Assembly: GCA_032718475.1 (NCBI GenBank)
Contig: JAUCBJ010001053.1
Location: forward strand, 1 to 34,505
Direction: 5' to 3'
DNA: 34,505 bases
Source: Nemertoderma westbladi
Taxonomy: Eukaryota; Animalia; Xenacoelomorpha
Shown here one piece after another: positions 12,388 through 24,312 of this stretch; position 1 is the stretch's first letter, and every line of letters starts with the position of its first letter. The position numbers were made by a program, and so were the translations under genes. The notes beneath the pieces are model-generated. The model was not told the origin of the DNA and ran no database searches. It was given only the letters and a program-made list of their open reading frames with translations.

Positions 12388-13096
12388 ACATCATTGTGTG
12401 CTAAGTAGCACTTTGCAGCGTTATGACCCGAGTTTATTTATGTACCGAGCGAGCGCAGCGAGAGAGGTTTACATCAATAAACAAGGGTCTTTAACGCTGA
12501 AAAGTGACCTTTGCAAGCAATGATGTATGTAATTTTGTTACATTATGTCAATTTATCAGCGTTCGGTTTGTGAAGAAAGGATTTTATGGTTGCTCATTTA
12601 TACATTTTAATCATGTACTATATCGAATATAAGTGAAATTTATTAACAGGTACACAGTATTAATTATACATTTAAATCTAATTAAAGTTTATTGGAAGTT
12701 ATCTCCTGCTTGGATGTGATAAATCATTAATCCATCTTGACTATAGTCGACTGAAGCAAACTTATTCACCATCTGTATTATCCGTTCAGTTTTAATGAAC
12801 ACTGTCGTCACTTTCTTTGGTTAATTTAGTGTCTTCTATTGGACGTTTCGCCATAATGGATTACAGTACATGAAAACAATTATTTACATCCAGTAGCTAG
12901 TCCCGTCACTGCAAATTGGATAATAAAGCTGCAATCATTAACATAAATGGAAATATTACATTCTGGTATACGGTAATTGAAGTTGTTTCCATGTCATTGA
13001 TTACTTTGCAACGTTCCGTCCTATAGGCCGCAACGCTGCAAAGTAGTACTTTGCAGCGTTATGAGTAATGTTAAGTTGACATAATGTAATAAAATA
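12388..13096. mobile_element. Non-autonomous DNA element, copy 2 of the family at 2321-2816
   Basis: Same hairpin with CCGAGCGAGCGCAGCGAG core; inverted repeats ~12533-12552 and ~13073-13094; palindrome AACGCTGCAAAGTAGTACTTTGCAGCGTT near 13031-13059. Interior differs from copy 1. Confidence 0.6.
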
Positions 13097-13150
13097 TATT
13101 GTAACAAACATTTTATTTTTTTTATTTTTAGATAATCTAAATAATATTGG

Positions 13151-13570
13151 GTGGCTCCAAGGGGACATTGTCTTGTAAGAACCATTATATTTTTTAGTGG
13201 CCCTTTATGAACAGTGACTATAATTAAGGCCATTTCGAACTTTTGGCTCAAATGGAACATGGTCTTGCATGGGCCATTGCCTTTTCAAAGGCGTTTGATA
13301 AAAATTGGCTAATATCGGGCCACATTATAGTTGAGTGGCTCCAAGCGACACTATCCAATATGGGCCATTTCAGATTTGAATGGCTTTAAGGGAAAATTGC
13401 CTAATATATATGAAATATATTTTATATTTAAGTAGCTCTAATGGACAATGTCTTCTAAGAGCCATTTCATTTTTTGGTGGCCCTTTATGAACAGTGTCCA
13501 ATAGAGGTAATTTTGAATTTTAGTGGCTCCAATGGAATATTGTATTGCATGGGACAATCCTTTTTAAAGG
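13151..13570. repeat. Diverged ~140-bp direct duplication (period ~280 bp) in GGCC-motif-rich repeat DNA
   Basis: GTGGCCCTTTATGAACAGTG occurs near 13197 and 13477 with alignable flanks. Confidence 0.65.
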
Positions 13571-13853
13571 TTTTTATAAATATATTCAAATTAAATTAAA
13601 CAGTATTAGATAAAGCGGTTTTTTTGTGAGAGAAATCCAGAAGTCCAATTTTTTCTTTTGAAAAATAGCTTTTATCATGAGGTTTTTATTCTAGAACATT
13701 TGAAATTTTGACAGTAAGATTGTAGCTAGAAATTTTGATTTTCAAATTGTATGTATTTAATTCCAAACATATGGAGTAAAATGAACAACATGGTTATTAA
13801 AAGTTTTACAAAATAAATAAAATAATATATAAAATATTGTGCTATTAAAAAGT

Positions 13854-15846
13854 TTTATTTGGTTGTGGGGGGGGGGGGGGGGGTCATTGGTTTAGGGTAA
13901 GGACCGCAAGAAACATCCCTGTACGGAGGCCCGAACTGGTTGCTGGGATACCCGGGCACATTGTATAGTGCTCCGAGCTGATTGCTGATTGGCCACACAA
14001 TAAACAGCGACACTCCTCGATTGGCCGCCAACAGTTCCGAGTGGCACATAGTTTATGATGGTAACCGTTGGCTACCAGCTGACCGGCTACCCGACGCCTA
14101 TAACCAGTTAGATTGACCGGGTTAATAGCTGAGGAGTCGGGGTGGTCAATACTGGAAAGGATTGCGGTCGACGATGCGTATTTACTGATTCCAAACCAGA
14201 GTTTCCAATAAAACGCACGTATGCGGTGGATGTGGTCGAGTTCGATTATATTTGGTTCTGTAGCGAAAATGTTGCAGCCGTAAGAAACAGACGGTAGGAC
14301 GATCGCTAGCCATATTTTCCTTGCTGTGGCAATCGAGACAACGTTAAGTTTTACCTTTATTGCAATTCGCGTACAACAGGCAATCCCCTTGCGATACAGG
14401 TGGTCGTAATGGGACCTAGGTCCGTTTTTGGTTGATAGCGTCACACCGAGATATTCGAATGAAGGTTGAAACTCGATGGGGGAACCATTGTATATCAGAA
14501 CATCGCTTCGAGCCAACCGGCCACCGTTGCGAAATTTAACAGCTTTGGTTTTCGATATGTTGACCTTTAGATCGTTGACCTCGCAATATTCAGATAGTTT
14601 GTTTAGTCCATCCTGTACAACGGCTATGGATTCACCGGCAATAACGAGATCGTCTGCATACATAATTACCCAACAAGCTGCGATAGCAATGAATGCAGGT
14701 AGATCGGCGACGAGGAGGCTGAACAACAGGGGTGAGAGTCGGTCACCTTGAACAACTCCGATCGATTGACTTATTGGGTCCATGATATACGGTCCAATGC
14801 AGATACATACAAAGTTAACGGCAATGAGGGCCCATATCACACGTATGAACTTCCTGCTAACTCCGTAACTGGACAGCTTCTTGCATAGGATCTCTCTGTT
14901 TACGGAGTCGAAAGCTTTAGAGAAATCCACGAATACACAGTATAAATGTCCACCTGATGGTGATAGGGCTTCATTTATTCGGTCGTAGAGGCATTTAACG
15001 GCCATAATCGTAGATCTGGCTGTGCGGAAACCGTATTGTTGCTCTGGTAAGATACCGAATAGCTCGGCCCATTTATATAGTCTCGAGCTTAGTATGGCGG
15101 TATATGTTTTTAATAAACATGATAGAAGCGCTATACCCCTATAGCTGTCGGGAGAGGATTTCGCTCCTTTCCCCTTGAACAGAGGGAGTAAATAGGAGGC
15201 GAGCCACGCAGTCGGGCAACTCGCTGTTGTGAAGCACAGCGAGAATAGTGCGAGTAGATATGGGAGGAGATGGCCGAAACCCCACTTCAGAGATTCGTTG
15301 GTTACTCCATCGGGCCCGGCTGCTTTGTTTAGTTTCTGATTCGAGACCGCCGCGGTAATTTCCTCGGCTCTGATTGGCGCATCGAGATAGTTGCTTGGAT
15401 TTTCAGGTAGGTCTGGCAGGTTCGGAGCGCGGGTTGCTGTCAGCAGTTTGCTGAAATGGGTAAGCCACGATTCTTGTGGAACTTGGTGTGCAACAGGTTT
15501 CGGTTGTGGACCTTTCAATATGTTCCAAAACGAGGTTTTGTCAGACTCACAGTCCTCGATCAGTTTGTGTTCCTTCCTCGCCTGGAACAATTTTCTCTTG
15601 TTTGTTAACATGTGTTTGTATTCTCGTTTCTGATCACTATAGGTTCTATATGTACAAATTGATGGTCTTTCTCGCACGGCATGTAGACTCGATGTCAGTT
15701 TCTTCCTTGCGGCATGACATTGTCTGTCAAACCAAGGTTTTGATTTTCGTGGGGTTGGTGTGGTTGAAGAGTTGATTATAGCTGATGTAATATATGAGCA
15801 TGCAGAGTTGACTCCTTCATGAAGTGCCGATTGGAACTCGTCTGGA
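13854..15846 (-). mobile_element. 5'-truncated non-LTR retrotransposon (RTEX/CR1-like, clade uncertain) with open RT frame (ORF 13884-15677, extending upstream to ~15846)
   Basis: KPWFDRQC upstream of the tracked start, KAAGPDG, SYRGIALLS, QYGFR, FVDFSKAFDSV, GVVQGDRLSPLLF, YADD, FEYLGV, C-terminal CxxC..H..C. 3' end has a C-run and AATAAA (13854-13859). No APE endonuclease or ORF1. Confidence 0.92.
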
Positions 15847-16196
15847 AATTTTGATTTTGTATTAGCTAATACCTTTTATTAGCTAGTGAAACAATAAAAA
15901 TTTAAGATTAAAAAAAAATTTCTTGTTGAAATTACTTTAATCATTGCTTTTATTATTTATTAGCTACCATAAATTTTACTAGATATCAGGATAATTTAAT
16001 TGAAAATTTCAAAAATTTTAAGACCGCGTTTACACTATACTACCGAGTCAAAGTCAAGGTCAAATTCAAAAGAAAATAAATATAGCTAGCTAGCAATAAT
16101 AAATAATAATACATTATATAGGCCTAATATAATACATAAGGGCATTCTAGAAAAAATTAATTTCATGTGATATGTTTTACATTTTGTCTTTTAAAA

Positions 16197-17704
16197 CCCT
16201 ATTAGTACCGGGCTATAAAATGCTGTACAAATAGCGGGGGGGGGGGGGGGGGGGGTCATATTGACCCCTCCCTCTAAAATCTACAAATATTAACGAAAAC
16301 GTCTGAATTTACTGGGGTGGTAATATTGCAGCACCAAAATTACAAGTAGTGCACAATTTTCACAAAATTTGAAAGTTACATTTTTCGGCTAATTGTTTTT
16401 CAATATAGGTTTTCTGGGGCGCAAAATACATTGGAAAATATTTAAAAATAATATGATTACCATAAATGGCTGTTTAGTCCTCTCTGCGAAGGAAAAAAAT
16501 GAAAAAACAAGTAACCAGCACTTTTCAGTTAGAACACAAAATTTTTAATTCACTTATATGATGCTATAAATTCACATTGTCAGGTTTTCTAGGGCGCTGA
16601 TTCTAATGGAATACATTTCAAATATGCCAGATCATTGCTACTTGTATTTTTCGGCGTAATTTGACAAATTGTGGTGCTAGCAACAAATTTCGTACCCATC
16701 ACCAAAAAGTACAAGTTTGCGATGTCCAGTGCTGTTTTTATTGATTCCATCGGATTCAGGACCCTCATGAACCCGTATAACGCAAGAAACAAGATGATAC
16801 TATCTACTGATCAATTTACTCATTTTCCAAAATTTGGTGCTGGCACAACAATTTTCACCCACCGGCGAAAAATACAAGTTTGAAAACTCTTATAAAATTT
16901 TTACTGTTTCCATTGAATTCAGAACCCTAACAAACCCGTATAACGCAAGAAACAAGATGGCACAATCAATTGATATATTTGATGGTTTTCAAAATTTGGT
17001 GCTAGCACCACATTTTGCTCCCACTTCCGAAAAATACAAGTTTGAGATGTCTAGATCGATAATTATATATTCCATTGAATTCAGAACAGCCATAAACCTC
17101 TAAAATGAAAGAAATAAATTGTCACAAGCAATTTTATCTATTGAATGGATTTTCAAAATTTCGTGCTAGCACCAAAATTTGCACACAGCACCGAAAAATA
17201 CAAGTTTGATACGCTTGGTGCAACTCGTATATATTTCATCGAAACCAGAACCCCAAAAAGAACCCCAATTGCGTAAAAAACAAGTTTCAAACAATCAATT
17301 TACAAAATTGACATATTTCAAAATTTGGTGCTGGCACCAAAATTTGGCACCCGCCGAAAAAAACAAGTTTGAAATTTCTAAATCAATTTATATGAATTCC
17401 ATCCAATTGCTAAGACCAAAAAACCGGTGTAAATAAAAAATAGAGATGTTACAATTCATATTTAATGAAATGTAATTTTCAAAAAACGTCTCAAAAAAAG
17501 TGCCAAAAGTAGGGTTAAAAAATGGTGCTATAACTCGAAAACTACCCAATATTTTTGAAAACGGTTTTCACTACTAGGAATACAATAGATTTTTAGGAAA
17601 AGTCATAAAATTTCAGATTCCCAACTGCGTTTGTTTCAGAATTATAATAAAAAAACCACGGGATGGGGGTCATATTGGCCCCCTCCCCCCCAGGTTTAAT
17701 AGGG
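16197..17704 (+). mobile_element. Non-autonomous piggyBac-like element, copy 1 (complete)
   Basis: Ends CCCTATTA.../...TAATAGGG-TTAA; subterminal palindrome GGGGTCATATTG(A/G)CCCC at both ends; left TTAA site degenerate (TTAAAA); no transposase. Confidence 0.8.
16660..17480. repeat. ~5 diverged tandem copies of a ~162-bp unit inside the piggyBac-like element
   Basis: TTCCATTGAATTCAGAACC-like motif recurs near 16745, 16908, 17070, 17234 and 17397; AAATTTGGTGCTAGCACCA and CCGAAAAATACAAGTTTG recur at the same spacing. Confidence 0.85.
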
Positions 17705-17973
17705 TTAACTTTGACTTTGACTCGGTAGTGTGAACGCGGCCTAAAAAGTTATTTTATTCATTTTATATACGTATTATATCCATCCCGTTCTTTTTAAATA
17801 CTAACCAGGCCTTTGTCTAAAAAAATATTTGTTCTAGAACATTAATTTTTTCAAAATAAAATGGCTAAATTTCAAAAAAACTAAATTATCAAAAACTAGC
17901 TAGTAAATATTTAATTTGGTGAGAGGTGTATGCATACTGAACCAGTACCCACTATTTTACAGTCAAAATAGCC

Positions 17974-18127
17974 AAGTTGCTATAAAAGTTTCCGGCCACT
18001 TTGCTGGTGAAGTTGCTGGTAAAGTTGCCACGTGTAAACATTAAACAGCGATTAAATTAAATTGCTCCAAACACATTGCTAGTTGCCGAGAAAGTTGCTC
18101 TAAAAGTTGCCACGTGTAAACAGGCCT
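17974..18127. mobile_element. One end of a Harbinger-like MITE with AAGTTGC subrepeats
   Basis: Repeated AAGTTGC(C/T); ends GCCACGTGTAAACAGGCC; other end not found. Confidence 0.4.
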
Positions 18128-18772
18128 TTAGGACAGGGGGCATTGTTTTGTAGGGGCCATATCCTTTTTAATGGCCTTTTAAGTACATGGTCTAAAGTAG
18201 GCCATTTTGCTGCTATTAAAATTCAATAAACATGTCCACTTTCAGTGAGAAATAGTAAATAAATTCAGAAAATAAAAAAAGTTAATGAAAATATAAATCG
18301 TAAGATCGATATTATGAAATGTAAGCAAATAAGACAATACCGATGGATCGTAATATTGTTATTTTCGCAGACTACATATTAAATTTAGAAATGAAGCGAC
18401 ATATTAAACACCTTTAACTAAGAATTATATTTTGTCATGAAATCGGCTATTTCTCCGCCGATTTTTGCTGGAATGATTTGAAATTTGTTCAGAAATGTTG
18501 ACACTTGTTCAGAATACCATTTGCACAAAAAGGCACTTTTGGCCACAGCAGAGTGCCATTTTGTGGCCTATTTTTTTAATTATTTGGTTTGGCCATTTTT
18601 AAACACACCAGACGATAATTAGTACCACAAAAAATAACTTTCAAATATAGTTTAAGATTTCAAAATGTTTCAGATTTAGTCATTAAAAACGTATGTTAAT
18701 TCTAGGAAAAGTTAAGGGATTTGAATATTGAGTATTTCTGTGAATACAGACTCAGACACACACGGGCACGAT

Positions 18773-19857
18773 GTTACCCCCCCCCCCCCCCCCTCCCCCA
18801 TACTTCCCAGTCCCACCGTTGTTAACAACAGTTATTGTATCATATAATAAAAAATATAGGTCTACATCCACTAAAGTGCCCATCGTGAAGTGAAATCCCA
18901 AGTGAAGTGCGATATCAAGATTTCCTTAGAATATGCCCTGAATTAGAAATACAGAGATATGAAATGGCCCTAAAACCTAAAACAAATATATTAAATGGCC
19001 TTCCTAGGAAAATACACCCAGATTAGATTGAGTTCATAATCTACAGTTAATTATATTAAATTTATTAACAGTGGCCCCTTTATAATATCAAAATATAAAA
19101 TATGGCCCTAAATTCATAAATTAACTTTATTGATGTCTATTGGCAGAAATAGGCTGGCAGACAGACATGTGTCAAACGGAAGAGGCAGGGGGAAGGATAA
19201 TTGGGATTACAATCAGAGATGTGAGGCAAAGGTGGCTTCTACTGCTTGCCTTGCCATTTGCCCATTGCCTTAAAAGTTAATAATAAAAGTAAGTAATAAT
19301 AGTAAAGTGAAATCCTCCTCCAGTTTCGTTATTTATGATACGTTAAGCTGAAACTTGTGAAATCAATACTATAATACAACCTGCGCTGCATCATTGGGGA
19401 GAAACTGATCCATGGGGCCTATGCAGATTTTTAAGTTTTTTATATGCAGTTTTAAATTTCACAAAATTTAAAACCTTCGATATTTAATATTTTATAATCA
19501 TTTTGACGTGATACCTGGCTATCATTATAGTAATAATTAAGGTGCATAATACTAGCTCAGGCACATTTTCCATTCAAAAACGTGCATTTATAATCTCTGT
19601 ACCTGTAAATTTCAGATTATATCAGGCTCAGCATATTATAGTTAACCCCCTCCCCTCATACCTCCCATACCGTTGTTTACAGCAGTTATTGTATTATATA
19701 ATAAATAATATCCACCAAAATCCCAATTGAAGTGTGATATCAAGATTTCCTTAGAATATTCCCTGAATTAGAAATACGGAGATATGGCCCTAAAACCTAA
19801 AACAAATATATTAAATGGCCTTCCTAGGAAAATACACCAATGTTCGATTGAGTTCAT
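18773..19857. repeat. Direct duplication of ~220-260 bp (18773-19037 and 19641-19857)
   Basis: Shared GATATCAAGATTTCCTTAGAATAT..CCCTGAATTAGAAATAC and ATGGCCCTAAAACCTAAAACAAATATATTAAATGGCCTTCCTAGGAAAATACACC. Confidence 0.85.
19199..19413 (+). repeat. Dispersed repeat R, copy 1
   Basis: Near-identical to the reverse complement of 23802-23996 and to 32293-32383 (TGTGAGGCAAAGGTGGCTTCTACTGCTTGCCTTGCCATTTGCCCAT). Confidence 0.9.
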
Positions 19858-20198
19858 TTTACGGGGTGCTTCAAGAGGGGCATGGCACTTCTCCGAAGAG
19901 ACAAATTTTAGATTTTTCGATTCTACTTCGTATAAGACATTTTCTTTTTCTTAATACGGAAATTTATTTTTAATGATGATGTGTAATGATCAGTTTTAGT
20001 GATGTATGCGCTTGCATACATCAATTTCTTGCTACGAATGTGTTGTTCAAAAACCCGTTCGAGTAACAACATAACAACATAAATAATTATAACACCTACT
20101 TTTGGTCTACAAATGTAGACCTTGAGCGCTATTGGGTTTTAATTCTATCTAATTTTAGGGCTAGCAATAATTATAGTTTTAATGTTAAGACCAAAGAC

Positions 20199-21552
20199 TT
20201 TTTTATTATAATTCTGAAACAAACGCAGTTGGGAATCTGAAATTTTATGACTTTTCCTAAAAATCTATGTCTTCCTATTAGTGAAAACCGTTTTCAAAAA
20301 TATTGGGTAGTTTTCGAGTTATAGCACCATTTTTGAACCCTACTTTTGGCACTTTTTTTGAGACGTTTTTTGAAAATTACATTTCATTAAATATTAATTG
20401 TAACATCTCTATTTTTGATTTACACCGATGTTTTGGTGTTGCAATTGGATGGAATTCATATAAATTGATTTAGAAATTTCAAACTTGTTTTTTTCGGGGG
20501 TGCCAAATTTTGGTGCCATCACCAAATTTTGAAATATGTCAATTTTGTAAATTAAATGTTGGAAACTTTTGTTTTTTACGCAATTGGAGTTTTTTGGGGT
20601 TCTGGTTTCGATGAAATATATAGGAGTTGCACCAAGCGTATCAATCTTGTATTTTTCGGTGCTGTGTGCAAATTTTGGTGCTAGCACGAAATTTTGAAAA
20701 TCCATTCAATAGATAAAATTGCTTGTGACAATTTATTTCTTGCATTTTTGAGGTTTATGGCTGTTCTGAATTGAATGGAATATATAATTATCGAACTAGA
20801 CATCTCAAACTTGTATTTTTCGGAAGTGGGTGCAAAATGTGGTACTAGCACCAAATTTTGAAAACCATCAAATATATCAATTGATTGTGTCACCTTGTTT
20901 CTTGCGTTTTACGGGTTTGTTAGGGTTCTGAATTCAATGGAATCAGTAAAAACAGCACTGGAGATCGCAAACTTGTACTTTTTGGTGATGGGTACGAAAT
21001 TTGGTGCCAGCACCAAAATTAGCCAAATTACGCCGAAAAATACAAGTAGCCATGATCTGGCATATTTGAAATGTATTCCATTAGAACCAGCGCCCTAGAA
21101 AACCTGAAAATGTCAATTTATAGCATCGTATAAGTGAATTAAAAATTTTGTGTTCTAACTGAAAAGTGCTGGTTACTTGTTTTTTCATTTTTTTCCTACG
21201 CAGAGAGGACTAAACAGCCATTTATGGTAATCATATCATTTTAAATATTTTCCAATGTATTTTGCGCACCAGAAAACCTGTATTAAAAGACAATTAGCCG
21301 AAAAATGTAACTTTCAAAATTTGTGAAAATTGCGCACTACTTGTAATTTTGGTGCTGCAATATTACCACCCCAGTACATTTTTTCGAAAATGTTTTTTTT
21401 CGGTCGGATCCAGACTAGTGATACCTATGTACAAACAAAAAATCAGACGTTTTCGTTAATATTTGTAGATTTTAGAGGGAGGGGTCAATATGACCCCCCC
21501 CCCCCCCCCCCCCGGTATTTGTACAGCATTTTATAGCCCGGTACTAATAGGG
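20199..21552 (-). mobile_element. Non-autonomous piggyBac-like element, copy 2 (inverted, one end truncated)
   Basis: Reverse complement of ~16197-17655; ends TAATAGGG-TTAA (TTAA 21553-21556); lacks one ~162-bp unit and has ~65 bp (~21378-21442) missing from copy 1. Confidence 0.88.
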
Positions 21553-22136
21553 TTAAAGGAGCAAGTTAGTAAAGGAGCAGGTTACAGAAGCATGTTGGCG
21601 AAACCAAAACAATATACGAAAGTTAACACATTTTACAAGAATATGCAGGTTACTTAATTGGGCCTTGGTTCTTTATTTTGTACTCACCCCTAATATTGTC
21701 TCTAATTGATAAAAAGGTATCTGGAGATGTATTAAGAATTATAAGATCCTTGAAGAATAACTCTAATAATTTTTGTCGTCAAATGAAACGTAGACCTACG
21801 GATGCATCAACGGAAGAGGTGAAGTCACTTATCCTAGATCAATCAAAATGAGGTAGCTGCTTGTATAAGGAATCCTACAATTGTTTAGTCACATTGGAAG
21901 AACAATATTACAGGCGTGCATTAATGTGTGCAATGCGTGCATGTGTTAGCCTATGTTCGGGGTGTATTCTAATTATGTTCTAACTGTGTTCTCGTATGTT
22001 CCCTTATGTTCTATAATTATTTCTATCCGGCGTGCAAAGGCTTGATCCAGACCCCTCTAACCATCTCACAATCCAGTCAGGCAGCCTTAGATTTGGCAAA
22101 AATGGAATCTGCGTCGATAACATCATATAATATGCT

Positions 22137-23587
22137 ACTACTACTACTACTAGGATCGGCATGCTGCATTGCAGCTGCATTTTTAAGAATGCTGTGCCGG
22201 CTTGTCAACAAAATTGCACCGCCTCAACTCCCTATCACCCATGACATTTGCTAGATCATCCGATCTTTAACGCCAGTGTCCTTTAAGATGCGTCTCAAGA
22301 AATTCATGGGCTGTCCACCATGCTTATTCACTCCATGAGGCTGCCAAAGTACAAGATTATGCACTGGCTGGTCCTCACGGCGAAAGCAATGTCCTGCAAA
22401 GCGGAGGCGATTTTGTTCTAGTGTCAAGCTTGGGGGAACCAATGAGACACCTCCAATGTTATATAGTGTCTGGTTGGAGATGTGTGCATTGTACTTGACA
22501 CAATGAACCCAGCGTAGCATTCTTGTGAATGTGCCATCCAGAGATTTGGTGTCCTCAGCAGTTAGAGCCCAGCATGGACTCCCATAGAGGAGTACTGGAA
22601 CTACAGCTGCTCTAAATAATCGGACCTTAAGTTTCCGATTAATTCTCGGTGACTTCCAAATCCTGGAAAGCCTATTCAAGGCTGCCCATGCCTTTCCCTT
22701 ACGTATTCGAAGGTCCTCACCTGACTTCCGGATCCATGATCCCAGGTAACAGAAGTCGTCCACATGCTCAAGCATACCATCCTTTGAGCTTATGCTCATC
22801 CGATCAGAGACTTGCTGAGGACTTTCAAAGTTAACTGTCAGAATTTTGGTCTTTATGGAGTTAATAAAAAGACCAACACTAGAAGCAGCATGTTCTAATG
22901 AGCGGAGGAGCCGTTCGGCTCCCTCTAATGATTCTGAGAGTACTCCTAAGTCATCAGCAAAGTCTAGATCAGTTAGGTACTTGGCAAGATTTCCTCGACT
23001 TCTGGAGCCAGTAGGTGGAGTTATCATCACCCCATCATCATTATAATGATCTAAGGACATGCGTAGAACATAGTCAACCACAATAATGAACAAGAATGGT
23101 GCAAGTGTGTCTCCTTGGAGGACGCCCCATAACACTTCAAATGGTTGTGTCACCGTCAACAGTAGACACAAATGTTGTCGAACCATCGTATACTGATCTG
23201 ATTGCTGCAATAATTTCATCAGGAATCCCATATAATGAAAGTATGCTGAACATACGTGAGCGAGAGACTGAATCAAAGGCCTTGAATAAGTCAACAAAGA
23301 TAACAGTCAGATGCCTGTCTTTCTTTTTTGATAACTCTTCAATTATCCTTCTAAGTGCCAAAATGGGCTCCATGGTCCCACGACCTTTACGGAACCCATT
23401 CTGATTTCCACGGAGCAGTCTCTCAATGGGATCCCTGATGCGATTTAATAGAATCCTATTATATAGCTTTGCAGCAATCGAGATCAATGAGATTCCCCGA
23501 AAAGAACCATAGAGTGTTAGGTTGCCCTTCTTGGGAACTGGCACCAACTTATTTGTTTTCATTTCTTGTGGGACTCTTGTTGTATTG
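22137..23587 (-). mobile_element. 5'-truncated RTE-clade non-LTR retrotransposon, RT frameshifted
   Basis: FRGISL, QNGFR, FVDLFKAFDSV, GVLQGDTLAPFLF, DLDFADD, FCYLGS, LLYGSPCW, RLRFAGH. Frameshifts near 23145 and 22260. (TAG)n 3' tail (22135-22152); 11-bp TSD TATAATATGCT (22126-22136, 23588-23598). Confidence 0.93.
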
Positions 23588-23801
23588 TATAATATGCTGA
23601 GTCTGTTATAATCTGAAATTTTTTAACAGAGATTAAAACTACATGTTATGGCATGGAAAATGTGCCTGAGCTAGTATTATGCACCTTAATTATTAATATA
23701 ATGATTGCCAGGTGTCACATCAAAACGATTATAAAATACGAAATATCGAAGGTTAAAATTTTGAGTATTTGGCCCTCTAGCAGTAGACTGGGGAACTGCA
23801 T

Positions 23802-23996
23802 ATGGATCAGTTTCTCCCCAATGATGCAGCGCAGGTTGTATTATAGTATTGATTTCACAAGTTTCAGCTTAAACGTATCATAAATAACGAAACTGGAGGA
23901 GGATTTCACTTCACTATTATTACTTACTTTTATTATTAACTTAGAAGGCGATGGGCAAATGGCAAGGCAAGCAGTAGAAGCCACCTTTGCCTCACA
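23802..23996 (-). repeat. Dispersed repeat R, copy 2 (inverted), cut off exactly where AGTAGTAG begins
   Basis: Similarity to copies 1 and 3 stops after GCCTCACA (23996); the other copies continue TCTCTGATTGTAATCCC. Confidence 0.88.
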
Positions 23997-24006
23997 AGTA
24001 GTAGGG

Positions 24007-24312
24007 TCTTGGTCCTCTCTGCGACAGTTAGACCTAACTGACACCCATTGGGTGTCATATGACACCCAATTATCACCCTATGGGTGTCATTGGGTGTCAT
24101 TGGCGCCAGACTGTCTGGGTGACACCTCCCAATTAGGCTAATTAGACCCTAATTGACAGGTGTCATCAATTAATTAGTACAATTAAACCCTAACAGGTGT
24201 CATATGACTCCTAATTAGGGTTTAATTGATTATCCTAATTAATCAGACTGATTAGCGCCCCGACACACAATGGGTCATCAGTGATGTCTAACTGTCGCAG
24301 AGAGGAGCAAGA
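24007..24312. repeat. ~306-bp imperfect hairpin with nested palindromes
   Basis: 24007-24033 pairs with 24286-24312 (26/27); internal palindromes GACACCCATTGGGTGTC and GGGTGTCATATGACACCC; many GTGTCA/TGACAC and TAATTAG motifs. Confidence 0.85.

Larger units (their letters stand above)
16022..17741. mobile_element. PIF/Harbinger-type MITE interrupted by a piggyBac-like element
   Basis: TIRs GACCGCGTTTACACTA..TACCGAGTCAAAGTCAA / TTGACTTTGACTCGGTAGTGTGAACGCGGCC; 3-bp TSD TAA (16019-16021, 17742-17744). Confidence 0.75.

Noticed and set aside
16589-21536. Short ORFs in the piggyBac-like copies
   Set aside because: Chance translations of the 162-bp repeat on both strands; no transposase motifs.
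21700-22125. Possible decayed exons at the RTE insertion site
   Set aside because: Short open stretches without recognisable homology or convincing splice-site pairs.
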